From Cenococcum geophilum (taxonomy: Eukaryota): a stretch of 64,000 bases of DNA. Within the stretch, counting starts at the first letter, position 1, and each line of letters starts with the position of its first letter. Below are positions 41,501 through 54,317 of this stretch, one piece after another. The DNA lies in NCBI GenBank assembly GCA_050273025.1, contig CP158635.1:10230001-10294000 (forward strand), read 5' to 3'. A program made the translations under genes and the position numbers. The notes beneath the pieces were generated by a model. It saw only the letters and a list, made by a program, of their open reading frames with translations. It made no database searches and was not told the DNA's origin.

Positions 41501-43750
41501 GCTCCTTTCAACCAGCGGGCAAACATCAAGTTTGACTTCCCCAAACTTCCTGACTTTTCCTCGGAGGTTGAGCAGCTGTCCGCTCTCGAAGGCATGATCA
41601 ACCTCGAAAAAGTTGTCGTTGTGGTTGGCTTTGGTGAAGTTGGACCACATGGCAGTTCACGAACGAGATGGCAAATGGAAGCTCATGGCGAATTGTCTTT
41701 GGAGGGTTTCATAGAGATGGCCTGGATGATGGGACTCATCGAATACCAAAGTGACAAAGGCCTTTCTTACAGTGGATGGATCGAAAAAGAAAATCGCAAG
41801 CCGATCACAGACGCCGAGATAAAGAGAAAATACGAGGAACACATCTTGAAGCACAGCGGAATCCGTCTATTAGATGCTCGTCCTCTCGACGGAAAGGACC
41901 CAGCAGCTCGACAAGTACTCCATGAGATCGACCTGCAACATGACTTTGCCCCTTTTGAGGTATCAAAAGATACGGCCAATGATTTGCTCAGAGAGCACAG
42001 TGACAAAGTCACGATCACGAACGTTGAGGGGTCAGATCACTGTCTAGCCATCCTCCGAAAAGGAGCTCGTTTGATGGTCCCCAAAGCGTTGACCTTTGAT
42101 CGAACAGTTGGTGGTCAGGTCCCCACCGGTTGGTGCGCCAGAACCTACGGCATCGATGAGGAAATCATTAACCAAGTTGATCCCGCGACATTGTATGCTT
42201 TAGTTTGCACAGCAGAGGCTCTACTGTCAGCCGGTGTGACAGATCCTTATGAGTTCTACAAGTACATCCATGTGTCCCAGCTCGGTGTGTGCGTAGGATC
42301 CGGATTCGGTGGAGCTGCATCATTACAAGGAATCTACAAGGAGCGATTTCTGGACAAATCAGTTCAGAACGACGTGTTGGCTGAGTCTTTCATTAATACA
42401 GGCAGTGCCTGGATTAATATGCTCCTATTGTCGTCTTCCGGACCAAACATCACGCCCGTAGGTGCATGCGCCACCGCCCTTGAGTCGCTTGATGTTGGTT
42501 ATGAGGTCATCTCCAGTGGTAAAGCCAAAGCTGTCCTTGTTGGTGGATATGACTACCTCGCAAAAGACGTTGCTTACGAGTTCGCCAACATGAAAGCGAC
42601 CAACAACACTGACGAAGACTTCGCACGTGGAAGAACTCCACAAGAAATGTCTCGACCTGCGACTACGACTAGAAGCGGATTTGTCGAATCGGAAGGCTGT
42701 GGAATCCAAGTGCTCACCAACGCAAAGCTTGCTCTCGAGATGGGTCTTCCCATTCACGGTATCATTGCGATGACACGAACAGCTAGCGACAAAGCCGGCA
42801 GATCGCTCCCGGCACCAGGCCGTGGCATCATCACAGCTAGTGGCGAATCCAAAGGCACCTTTGACTCACCCCTCATGAGCATGACTTATCGCAAACGACA
42901 AATCGACCTCCGCAGGGCTCATATCAACCAGACGGAAGAATCGGAATTGGGGTACCTCAATGAGGAGATATCCTCCTACAAATCTGACGAGGTCGATTTT
43001 GATATTGATGCTTATCGCAAGCACCGTCAAGATGCAATTACGGCAGAAAGTCAAAGGCAGCGACAGGAGGTCTTGAATAGCTACGGCAATGAGTTTTGGA
43101 AACGCGACACTAGAATCTCACCAATGCGCGGTGCCCTAGCGACTTGGGGTCTTTCGATTGATGATGTACAAGTAGCATCTTTCCATGGAACATCGACAGT
43201 GAAGAATGAGCTGAATGAATGTGGCGTCATTCAAGAGCAGATGTCGCAATTAGGCCGAACCAAAGGCAATCCTGTTATGGCGGTCTTCCAAAAACACCTC
43301 ACAGGCCACCCTAAAGGAGCCGCCGCCGCTTGGATGCTGAACGGATGCCTTCAGATTATAGACTCTGGACTTGTGCCTGGAAACCGAAATGCCGACAACA
43401 TTGACTCCGAATTAGAAAAATTCGACCATATTGCGTTTCCTAATGAGACAATTCAGACGGCGACTGGCGTGAAAGCATTCATTGTCAGCTCATTTGGATT
43501 TGGCCAAAAAGGAGCTCAGGCTATTGGGGTTCACCCCAAATATCTCTTCGCTGCTCTTGGAAAGGCAGAATATGGTGTCTATCGCCAGAAAGTGAAGAAG
43601 AGGCAGGAAAAGGCATACCATCATTTCCACAAGTCGATGATGACAAACACCATGTTTAGAGCGAAAGATGCTCCACCGTATTCTGTAGATCAGGAGACGG
43701 CGTTCTTAACGAATCCGGATGCAAGACTTCCCATGAACATGGAACTGTAA
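38543..43750 (+). CDS. Fungal fatty acid synthase alpha subunit (ACP-KR-KS, no C-terminal PPT), secondary-metabolism type
   Basis: Spliced N-terminus [27 protein letters not shown] (FAS2-like), with introns 38611-38665, 38693-38746 and 39193-39254. ACP motif GGRSTLQNE, KR motif LLTGTGKGSIG, and KS motifs PVGACATA, FHGTST and GHPKGAA. Confidence 0.95.
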
Positions 43751-44654
43751 ATTTAGGGTACGATCATTTGTTTTGGGAGTAAGGTTTAGATTTTAAATCA
43801 GCATGTTTAGGCGTTGCTAGGGTAGAGTGTCATCTGTTATACTATTCCCGTGTAGATATGTAGATATGTAGATACTTTAAAATGTTGCTTTTAGGTTAAT
43901 TTTAAAATGTATTATTTCAGCCCCATTAATATCTTTTCCCTCATAGTGAACGTGCAGCTATCGCTCGGACCTCAGAAGTATTACGCATGCCTCACACTAT
44001 GCCTGAGTAATTTTCATCACGCCTGGGGTAGATTTGAAACTGAACCCGTATCTAGCAAACAAATGTACAGTAAATGCACAAATTCATTTTTGAATTGAAG
44101 AAGTCCAGGTCTGGTTAGTTTGATAAGTCGGATCACAGGATCACAGCAAAGGGAGTCTAAGGTAACTCGACAAAAAATGTCATACTCTAATTTATTGAAG
44201 ATTTTTGTCAACATTGGAGGAGAGTGCAAGAGCTAAGAAATATTTCTATGCATTTATCTGCACTGTTTGCTCAATATCGGATCTCGGGAGCTGAGGGGAG
44301 GAGATGAAGTTTCGAGAAGCATTCAAAAGGCATTTGAAGAACCGATAGGCTCTCCCCTCAAACACTGGGATAGGTTTGTAAAAAGATCGTCCACGTCAGA
44401 CCTACTTTCTCACTGCCCAGGTCGCTAGGGATCCAATGGAACCAAGGCTAAAAATTCCCTGGCCACTCAGACCTCTCAGACCTCTCGGGTCTTTCTGCGG
44501 TAATTGTTATTCTTAGGCTTAAACCTTTAATAACCTCTAAACGTTAGGCGGAGTCTGGTTAGGCGGAGTCCAACGGCCCAATCACGTTGAAGCCCCATCC
44601 CACTTGAGGCTAGTGGTGGTCACACAGCCCTGTCGCTCAGCCTTTGCCCTTGTA

Positions 44655-44791
44655 CACCCTCCTGTCAATCCCGGTTGTTAGCGCAGCCACGTCTGCACGG
44701 CCTTTTTGTAGGGGAAGTTTGGGTATTTTTGCTGTTTAAGTAAGGCCGTGCAGATGTGGCTGCGCTAACAACCGGAATTGACTGGAGGGTG
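44655..44791. mobile_element. 137-bp MITE, copy 2, upstream of FAS beta
   Basis: Same TIRs, length, orientation and TA flanks as 34717-34853, differing by only a few substitutions. Confidence 0.92.
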
Positions 44792-45108
44792 TACATACAA
44801 TATTATCGAGCTATTTCACTATGCACACCCATGCAAGCCTGCTCCTCAGCCCGGTAATGTAATAAAACACGTAATATTACCAACCGAGAAGACCAAGGCT
44901 GGTAGCACCGCCGCCATGAAACATCCTGTTATAGCACGTCAGCAGCCCTACATATGACCGAAATGATTTGCTTAGAAGGCCCGGAGGCGCTGCAAAAGCA
45001 CCTTTTATCTATAGAATTGCAATTCGCTCATTTCCCCTCTCAGCCTTCTTGCACACTTGTTGCGTTTTGCACTTCGCTCCAACGTTCTTTCCTTCCTTAC
45101 TTACAATA

Positions 45109-48100
45109 ATGGATGCGCCTGCATTTTCTCTACAGCGCGCTCCTGACGACATCAACATCGCAGCATCCAACGAGTCTTTAGTTGAGTGTTTTCACAACGG
45201 CTGTATTTTCCAGTTAGCCATGCCCGATCATTTGAAGGAGTTTGCGGTTCGAGTGCGAAACGATTTCCTTACCTGTTTTGCCCAGAAGACAATCCAAGAG
45301 CCATGTTCAGACTTACAGTTTCTGGTACAATTTTTGAGATATATTGCGGGCCGAGAAGATGCGGCAACGGCTATGACTTCAGAGGTTTTTTCGAAAGTGG
45401 TAGAAAAGCTAGGAAATGAGCATTTACGGGGCAAGGACATTCACACGCGGGCAGCTGAACTATCAGCCGACTCGGGATTATCCAGCAAGCAAGAAGTCAT
45501 TAGATCGTACTACGAAGCCATGTATCTCATGGGACGGGGTGCTGGAAGTCGAGTACCGCAACTTTTTGCAACATCTCATCCGTCCGAGCAAAGACCCATC
45601 TTCACAGTGTTTGGCGGCCAAGGGAACACTCAGCACTACTTCGAAGAATTCAGAGATCTGTACGCGACATACGGCCGCTTACTTGACGATATTCTGGACT
45701 ATGCATCCATCATATTTGACCAACTGCTTTGTGACGAGACAACAATCAATCAGTACCCGAATGGTATGGATTTCTTTACTTGGCTGAGGAAACCAGACTC
45801 AACGCCGGAGCAAGAATACTTGCTATCCGCCCCCGTGAGCTTTCCATTGATCGCACTAGGCCAGCTGACCAGCTTTTACGTCACCTGCAAGATCTGGCAG
45901 CTTACCCCAGGCGAGGTTGTCGATAAATTGCACGGATCAACGGGCCACAGTCAAGGAATTATCGTGGCAGCAGGGATTGCTACGTGTAAGACCTGGGACG
46001 ATTTCGAAGGCGCATTCAGATCATGTTTAATAGCTCTTTTCTACACGGGTTGTCGCAGCCAACAACAATTTCCCAGGAAGACATCGTGGCAAAAGATGGT
46101 TCAGGGCCCAGTGTCCAGCTCGGAAGACGAACCTTCACCCATGATGAATATCATGCTTCTCTCTCAAGCGGATGTAGAGCTGCAAATTCATTCATTCAAT
46201 CGACATCTTCCAGAAGACCAGCAAATAGCTATCGCACTCGTAAATGGACCACATAATATCGTTGTCGGTGGCCCACCGGAGTCATTGCGGAGTTTCAACT
46301 CGTGGCTTCAAAAGCTCCAAAAGCCTCAGGCGAACGGAGAGCAGTATAAATGGAAATCGTTTACGACACGCTACCTTCCGATCTCTGCGCCATTCCATAC
46401 CTTCTATCTCGCGGATACCAAGTCCATCATTGTGAATGATATGGAACGACACAACATTATGATCAAACCTAGCGACCTGCTTATTCCCGTGTATGACAGC
46501 AGAACGGGTCGAGACCTAAGAGAAGTGGAAGAAGAAGCCCTGTTTCCGATACTCACAAACGCAATCACGACCGAAATGGTTGATTGGCCACGTGCTACTA
46601 TGTTCCCGAATCGCAGTTGCATCATTGATTTCGGGCCGGGTGAGACGTCAGGGGTCGGCATCCTTCTACATCGTACGAAAGAGGGAACAGGAACTCGAGT
46701 TATCCTAGCCGGGCCGCTTCAGGGTGCACTACCGCATGTGGGCTACAAGCCCGATTTATTCGAATCGCCATCTCCAACTTCTACCCAAAGATCTACTGAT
46801 TGGTTGCGGGACTTTGCGCCAACTCTGCTCTCCGACGCATCAGGGAGGACTATGGTCAGCACAAAGATGAGCCAGCTGTTGGGGGTTCCACCACTGATGG
46901 TCGCGGGAATGACCCCGACTACGGTTCATCCCGATTTTGTCGCCGCTGTCATCAACGCAGGCTATCACGTCGAATTAGCCGCCGGAGGATATCATCGCGA
47001 AGAATCACTAGTCCAGGCTATCAAATCCATCGAAAGATCGATCCCGGCCGGCAAAGGGATCACAATAAACTTGATATACTCCGCGCCACGATCTATACAA
47101 TGGCAGATACCTTTAGTCAAAGATCTTATCGAAAAGGGTCACTTGATTGATGGTATTACATTGGGCGCCGGAGTGCCCTCGCTAGAAGTTGCCACCGGCT
47201 ATATTGAGGATCTTGGTCTGAAGCACATTTCTTTCAAACCAGGGTCTGTGGAGGCAATCAAACAGGTCATTGTGCTTGCAAAGGCGCACCCCGGCTTCCC
47301 GATTTTGCTGCAATGGACAGGGGGGCGAGGAGGGGGGCATCATTCTACCGAAGACTTTCATGAGCCAATACTGCAGACATATGCTAGCATAAGAAGATGT
47401 CCTAACATTATCTTAGTTGCTGGCAGTGGTTTTGGTGGTGTCGATGATACGTACCCTTATCTGACTGGATCCTGGTCAGAGAAGTTCGGTCAACCTTGTA
47501 TGCCCTTCGATGGCTGCCTCTTCGGGAGCCGCATGATGATTGCAAAAGAGGCACACACTTCTCTGGCAGCCAAACAGGCTATTTCCTCGACGGAAGGGGT
47601 CGAAGACGCGTTTTGGCAGTCTAGCAAAGGTATAATTACGGTTAAGTCAGAGATGGGCCAACCAATTCACAAGATTGCCACTCGTGGGGTCCAATTGTGG
47701 GCTGAGATGGACCGCAAAATCTTTTCGCTCGACAAAAGCAAGCAGCTTATCGAAATCAACCGTCAACGCAGCTACATCATCGAACGTCTTAACAAGGATT
47801 TTCAAAAGGTCTGGTTTGGTTACGATTTCGCCAGTGGAAAACCTGTAGAACTCAAAGACATGTCTTATGCGGACGTTGCGAGGCGTATGCTGGAATTGCT
47901 TTACATTAAGAGGGGATCGCAGTGGATTGATCCATCCTATGTCACGCTCTTCGGGGATTTTATCCGACGTATCGAAGAAAGATTGCCACTCTCCAACTCA
48001 GAGCTGTCACAACCGATTTTTTCGAGTTACGCCGACTTTAACGATCCATTTGAGGCATTACGCAACCTCGCTCAAGCATACCGAGGAAGCCAGGTGCAGC

Positions 48101-51100
48101 TCGTCAATCAGGAGGACCAGGAGTATTTCCTGTCAATTTGTCGACGATCGGGCCAGAAGCCAGTCCCATTTATACCCGTTTTGGACGAGAATTTCGAGAC
48201 TTGGTTCAAGAAAGATTCCTTATGGCAGTCCGAATTCGTGGAAGCTGTGGTAGATGAAGACGTACAACGCACGTGCATTCTCCAAGGCCCCGTCGCTGTT
48301 TCCTACGCTACGCCAGAAAATATCAATGAACCTGTCAGAGTTATCTTGGACCGGATTAATGACGGCCATGTTCAAAAAATCCTCCGTGATTCCTATGGTG
48401 GCCAACCAGAAACAGTTCCTTTTGTCGAGTTTTTTGGCCACCATGCTTCAGAATCTACCGCATGTCAAGATAATATCCAAATTACTACAGGACCAAGCTC
48501 TGCGACTTATAGTATACCCTCAGACATCGAAGACCTTCCACCATCAGAGGCGTGGTTCAATCTTCTAGCCGGGAACAAGCTCTCGTGGAGATATGCCGTC
48601 TTCAGAAGCTTAACAGTCATGAATGGAAACCAGATGGTTCCGAACCCCATCCGTCAAGCATTTGCTCCAGCTCAGGGGTGTTCTGTCACGATCACGGATA
48701 AGTTACGCCACAACTACGTCTCTATCACCATGAGCAACAATATCTCTAGCAAAACTGATATTTCAATTGCCACCGAGCCGGGAAATAAGATCATCCTCCG
48801 CATGTTCTGCTACGACAACGCATTGAACGAGCCTCTACCTCTGGAGTTTCGATTTTCCTATCACCCAGAGTCCCCTCATTCATTACTACACGAAGGTATT
48901 GAGGGCCGTGATGAGCGTATTTGCAACTTCTATCGGAAACTCTGGATCGGCAAATCCTACAAGACTCCGTTGCCAGCTGGGAAGCTAACCTACAAGACCA
49001 ACGGGGGAGAAATGGTCATCAGGCAGGGTCTCGTTGAAAAGTTTTTGCAAACAATTGGCGGCGGCATGAGAAACATGGACCGAGATGGCTTGGTCCCCAT
49101 GGATTTCGCTATCGTGGTTGGTTGGAAAGCTATCATGAAAGCCCTTTTGCTCGTTCAAGGGGATCTTTTGAAGCTAGTTCACTTATCCAACAAGTTTCGC
49201 ATGTATCCGGGCGCCCGTCCTTTAAGAGTTGAGGAAAAAGCCGAGAGTTTTGCGAGGACGACCGCCGTCACAATTCAAGACTCTGGAAAGGTCGTCGAAA
49301 TATGTTGCACAATCAGTAGAGACCGCGTTCCAGTTATGGATGTCATATCTCAATTTCTCTACCGTGGGACGTATAGCGACTACTCGGAGTCGTTCCAAGC
49401 ATTCAACGAAGATACTAGACAAATCGAGTTCAGCTCACCAAGTCAGGCGAGTCTCTTGATATCGAAAGAGTGGATAACGTTCCACCATCCGGTTACACCA
49501 GAAACTCTCTGTGATAAAACACTCGCTTTCGAGCTCGAGACTTTCTCTGCGCTGAAGTCGAGATCGTTGCACAGTCGCATACGAACAGTTGGCAAAGTGT
49601 TCGCGAATTCGCCGTCGGCGAGAGATCCTATCGAAATTGGCACGGTACACTACGATTCACTTGCCTCCCCAACTCCAACACTCGTGGACAACCCAGTTAT
49701 AGGTTACCTCGAACGTCATGGGAAGGTTGTTCAACAACGAGTGATGCTGGAGAGTCCAACCTCCCTCAATCATGGGGATGAAGGCTTTGTTTTTGCCGCA
49801 CCAAACAGCAACTCCGAATATTCTCGGATTTCGCAGGACTACAACCCTATTCACATCTCACCCGCCTTCGCTCGATACGCTGGGCTTCCAGGCCCTATAA
49901 CGCATGGTATGCATACTAGCGCAATCATTCGTAGCATATGCGAAATGCGTTGCGCAGAAGGGAACCTGAACGCTATGAGAACCTTTAGTGCTTCATTTAG
50001 CGGTATGATCCAAGCAGGAGATAAAATTGAGGTCCATCTGGCGCAAATAGCCATGGTTGAAGGGCGCAGAGTCATTTCGATTGAAGCACGGAATGTTGCT
50101 ACGTCGGAGAAAGTCTTTGTGGGAGAGTGCGAGATCGAACAAACAGAGACCGCCTATATCTTTACTGGGCAAGGCAGCCAAGAAGTCAACATGGGGATGG
50201 ACTTGTACGAAACAAGTGCGGTTGCGAAGCAAGTTTGGGACCGAGCTGACAAGCACTTTGACGAGACATACGGTATAAGCTACGAAATCCTCAATGGTTT
50301 GGAGAGGAGCTAACGCCTGCGCTAGGTTTCCGCATTACCGACATCGTCAAAAAGAATCCAAAGCAGCTCACGATACATTTCGGTGGAAGACGAGGGGCTG
50401 CAATACGCCAGAACTACCTCAATATGACCTACGACTCTTACGATACAGCCGGTAACAAAACAACTAAACGCTTCTTCGACATCCATGAACGTAGTCCTTC
50501 GTACACTTATCGGCATCCGAAGGGGTTGTTGTTCTCTACGGAGTTTGCACAGCCCGCACTCACGGTGATGGAGAAAGCAGCTTTCGAAGACATGAACTCT
50601 AAAGGACTTATTTCCGAGGGCAGTAAATATGCTGGACACTCCCTTGGAGAATATGCTGCACTGGGCGCAATTGCCAATATAATGCCTCTGGAGCAAATCC
50701 TCTCCATTGTGTTCTACCGCGGCCTGTCGATGCAAGTGGCTGTCGAGCGTGACGAAGAGGGGAGGTCAGACTTTGGAATGATGGCCGTCGATCCTAGTCG
50801 AGTTACTAAGTGTAAGCAAAATCGCGTGTATCAGGGATCTCATGGTTAATTTCTAACCTTTTTGCAGCATTTGGAATCGGGGAGCTTGAGTCTACAGTCT
50901 CTACGATTAGCCGGGGGACAAACTCACTTCTCGAGATTGTCAACTACAATGTTTCCCAGCGACAATACGTGTGTGCTGGAACATTGCGTAACCTTCAAAT
51001 CCTTACCGATGTCCTCAACGAACTTGCCATGATATCAAATCCGACTGTTTCAGACCCTATGGATGACCTCATCAAGAGGCACGTAGCTCGCAATAGCTCT

Positions 51101-51391
51101 CAATCAAATCCAGTGACCTCCCTTGAACGGGGCAAAGCAACAGTTCCTCTCGCCGGAATTGACGTCCCCTTCCACTCCAGTTTTCTACGTCCCAACCTTG
51201 CAGCATTCCGCGAAGTCCTGGAGCAGAATATTCAACCGTCGTGGATGGATCCCGACAAACTTATTGGGAGATACATCCCGAATGTGACTGCGAGACCCTT
51301 TGATATTACGAAGGAAGCATTTGAATACGCGTGGGAAGTTACCAAGTCAGACCGTTTAAGAAAAGTTTTGGATAGTTGGCAGGAGGTTTAG
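45109..51391 (+). CDS. Fungal fatty acid synthase beta subunit (AT-ER-DH-MPT)
   Basis: AT motifs FGGQGN and GHSQG; ER motifs VAGMTPTT and QWTGGRGGGHHS; DH motif DYNPIH; MPT motifs FTGQGSQ, GHSLGEY and GIDVPFHS. Introns are 50273-50325 and 50812-50867. The first in-frame ATG is at 45109. Confidence 0.95.
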
Positions 51392-52229
51392 TGTGGGGGT
51401 CAAATCTGCTCTCCAGTAGGCGGCGTTTTATGGGTCGGTTATGGCGCATATATAAATATTTTACGATGTATACTAGCCAGTGATATAATCACATTGTCTC
51501 GATTTTGGTAGATAGACAGTGAATTTGATTCTCATGTTAATATCTCTCCCGTCTTGAAAATTACATGTGTAACTCCTACGAGGCCTCACTAAAACTCCTT
51601 CCCTCCGCGCCTTCAACCGAAAATGGGTAGTCAAAGTCCCATGATTCCCAGTTCTGTGAGTCGTGGCGACATCAGCAACAACTCGCCGCTTACGTGAGAG
51701 CGCAGCCGGCAGGCGCAGCCGCCTGTACAAACTTCACCAAGCCACGAAACGATTAATTACCGTAAACACGTTTCCGCCATTCCTGTCTCCCTCACCGCTT
51801 CAATAATTTTCTTTGCACGCCCCTGTGTAATACGATAATTTACGAGTCAAAATCCTAGGCCGCAAAGCCAGCTAGATCCAACAGACTAAGAGCGGGAATC
51901 CTACAAAGCTTAGCTAGAAAATTGGTAAGCTGAGTAAGTTCTGTGACCGCAGCGGGACGTACCTTTTTTCCAATTGATTGCTAGAAGACAGCTACCTTAG
52001 CTGCGGCTTGGGTCCATGGTATTGCTAAGATTAGAATTTTGTCCATTAATACTCTTTCGGGCAGTTGGGCCACGACCAAAAATAATCCTTAACATTTGAA
52101 GCTTCTACTTTTTATTTCGCTTCTTTCCTTCAGCATCTAATATAAAGTGTCGCCTGTAAAATTTTACAATTCCTAGCATATTCTTCTTGAAATCTTCGAA
52201 TCAATAAGCAGCGAATAGGAACCAGCAAA

Positions 52230-53613
52230 ATGTTTCCACCGTCTCCACTTGAGTCCATCGGTGAGTACTTTCCTCCACCCTTCAGTCTTGATGGTTTCCC
52301 TTCTTTATTCAAATCACGGTCTATACAACATACTAATTGGGTCACTATTGCTGTTTAGACTGGAACCGTCTTGGCATAGCAATTCAAGACAGTGGTAAGT
52401 GCATCCGATCCAACGCTATTTGATACAAACATTTTAACTGATGGTACCTCGAGTCAACGGTCACGTGGAGTCAACATATAAGGTTTCGACTGGGGAGTGG
52501 AGCGCTCCAAAATTTGTTCAAGACCCGTACATACGGGTTCACGGCCTTGCACCTGCTCTTAATTATGGTACGTCACGCACTCTAGTTTTGTTCTGCCCAG
52601 TGTGGAAGTCTGTTCTTGCGCCGTCAAAGTTGCTTACTCAAAAATCAGGGCAACAAGCATACGAAGGACTTAAGGCGCACCGCTCGCCTTCAGGAGACAT
52701 TCTCCTCTTTCGTCCGACGGCCCACGCCAACCGTCTTAGTCACAGCGCAAGCTACGTCTCAATTCCTCCAGTGCCAGCGGAGCATTTCTTGAAATGCGTC
52801 AAGCTCGCCGTGGGGAGGAATGCGGAGTGGGTAGCTCCTCACACAACTGAGGCTTTGCTATACATCCGCCCACTCGTTTTCGGAAGCAGTGGTCACCTCG
52901 CGCTGACCGCGCCGACCGAATTCACCTTCGCCGTCTACGTGCAGCCCGGAACGACGTACCACGGTGTGCAGCCTCTTCCCGCCGTGGTGATTGAGGAGTT
53001 CGACCGCGCAGCACCGCGCGGCACTGGCGGCGCTAAGGTTGGAGGCAATTATGCTCCTGTGATCCGCTGGACCGACAAGGCGCGGAGCGAGGGCTTCGCG
53101 GTAACTCTGCATCTGGACGCTCAGACGCGGACGTGCGTTGAAGAATTCTCGACCAGCGGGTTCATCGGGATCAAGAAGGATGGAGAGGCTGTAACAGTCG
53201 TGGTGCCGGACAGCAAGAACATCGTCGAGAGCATCACTTCCGACAGCTGCCTGGCGCTGGCGGAGTCTTTCAATTGGAAGGTTGAGCGGCGGGAAATTCC
53301 CTGGAGTGAGTGCAAGTCCTTTGGCGAAGTTATTGCTGTGGGAACTGCGGCATCGTTGTTGCCCATCAGATCGCTCTCGAGGCCAGGAACGGGGGAGACG
53401 TTTGTTTACGGCGACAAGACCGGCGAGTGCACTCTTAAGCTTGGAACAGCGCTCAGGAACATTATGAAGGGGAAGACAGAGGACCAATTTGGTTGGACAT
53501 CACAGGTCCGGGAGAGTGATCTGCTGCTGGACAACGTCGCTGCTGAAGTAGCCAATGGCGACACTGCCAATGGTGTCAACGACGAGCTCGAACATGCCAA
53601 TGGCTCAGAGTAG
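52230..53613 (+). CDS. Branched-chain amino acid aminotransferase-like enzyme (PLP fold type IV)
   Basis: Spliced start MFPPSPLESIDWNRLG...VNGHVE; motifs LNYGQQAYEGLKA, LYIRP, AKVGGNYAP (PLP lysine), EEFST and SITSDS. Introns are 52261-52358, 52395-52453 and 52568-52648. Confidence 0.93.
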
Positions 53614-54317
53614 GTTGACGGGACTGAGAAATCCAACGGCGCTGGTTAGGTTAGAATAGCTGTGTAATTTACATTAAGGTCTCCAATAATTATACACCCC
53701 CCAAACGATACACGGCCACCCCATCTCATTGGTTTAACTCATCCTCAGTGTTTTTATCAGTATTCGATACTGATTACACTTATTGAAATATTGAATATTG
53801 ACATTCAATATTCAACACCAATATAAAATGTTCAATACTGAAAGTTATTGAATATTGAATATTTTTGGAATTGAGGTAGTAGAAATACGGCCTAGAGGCT
53901 CGGTAAATGACTCTTAAGTCTCTTAATAATACCTGCTTATTTTAAATTTATTAGGTAACCCCATATAAAGTTAAAATTACTAAATATTAAACCTGGGTTT
54001 ACAAGTCATCGCACATAGTATCTTTAAATTTTGCACCCCTATACTTTCTCCACCTTTGTAATCAACACCATGCCTTCCTTACCTTTTAGTATTACTAAGT
54101 GTTTTTAGGGAGCCGTTGAACAATTACATGGGACCGTATAAAGCTTGGAAGTCTAAATATTAAACGTACGGAGTGCTTACAGAGTTGGTTAAGAAGCCAT
54201 ATTACCGCCGGCGGTAGACTTATAGCTGTGGACGTAGTAGCTGAGACTCTTGAGCGTACACGACTCTTAAGCAATTAAATACAACACCAAGCCAAATCAC
54301 TACGCTGACGATATTGG

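Noticed and set aside
44968..45108. N-terminal extension of FAS beta in the ORF track
   Set aside because: It begins at TTG and overlaps a pyrimidine-rich 5' UTR-like tract; ATG 45109 is the more plausible start.
29003..53613. Naming the cluster as HC-toxin, apicidin or aspercryptin and assigning TOX/aps/atn symbols
   Set aside because: Gene content is only analogous. No NRPS is present, and orthology cannot be established without searches.
29198..53636. Numerous overlapping or antisense ORFs inside the five genes
   Set aside because: Shadow frames of GC-balanced coding sequence with no recognisable motifs.
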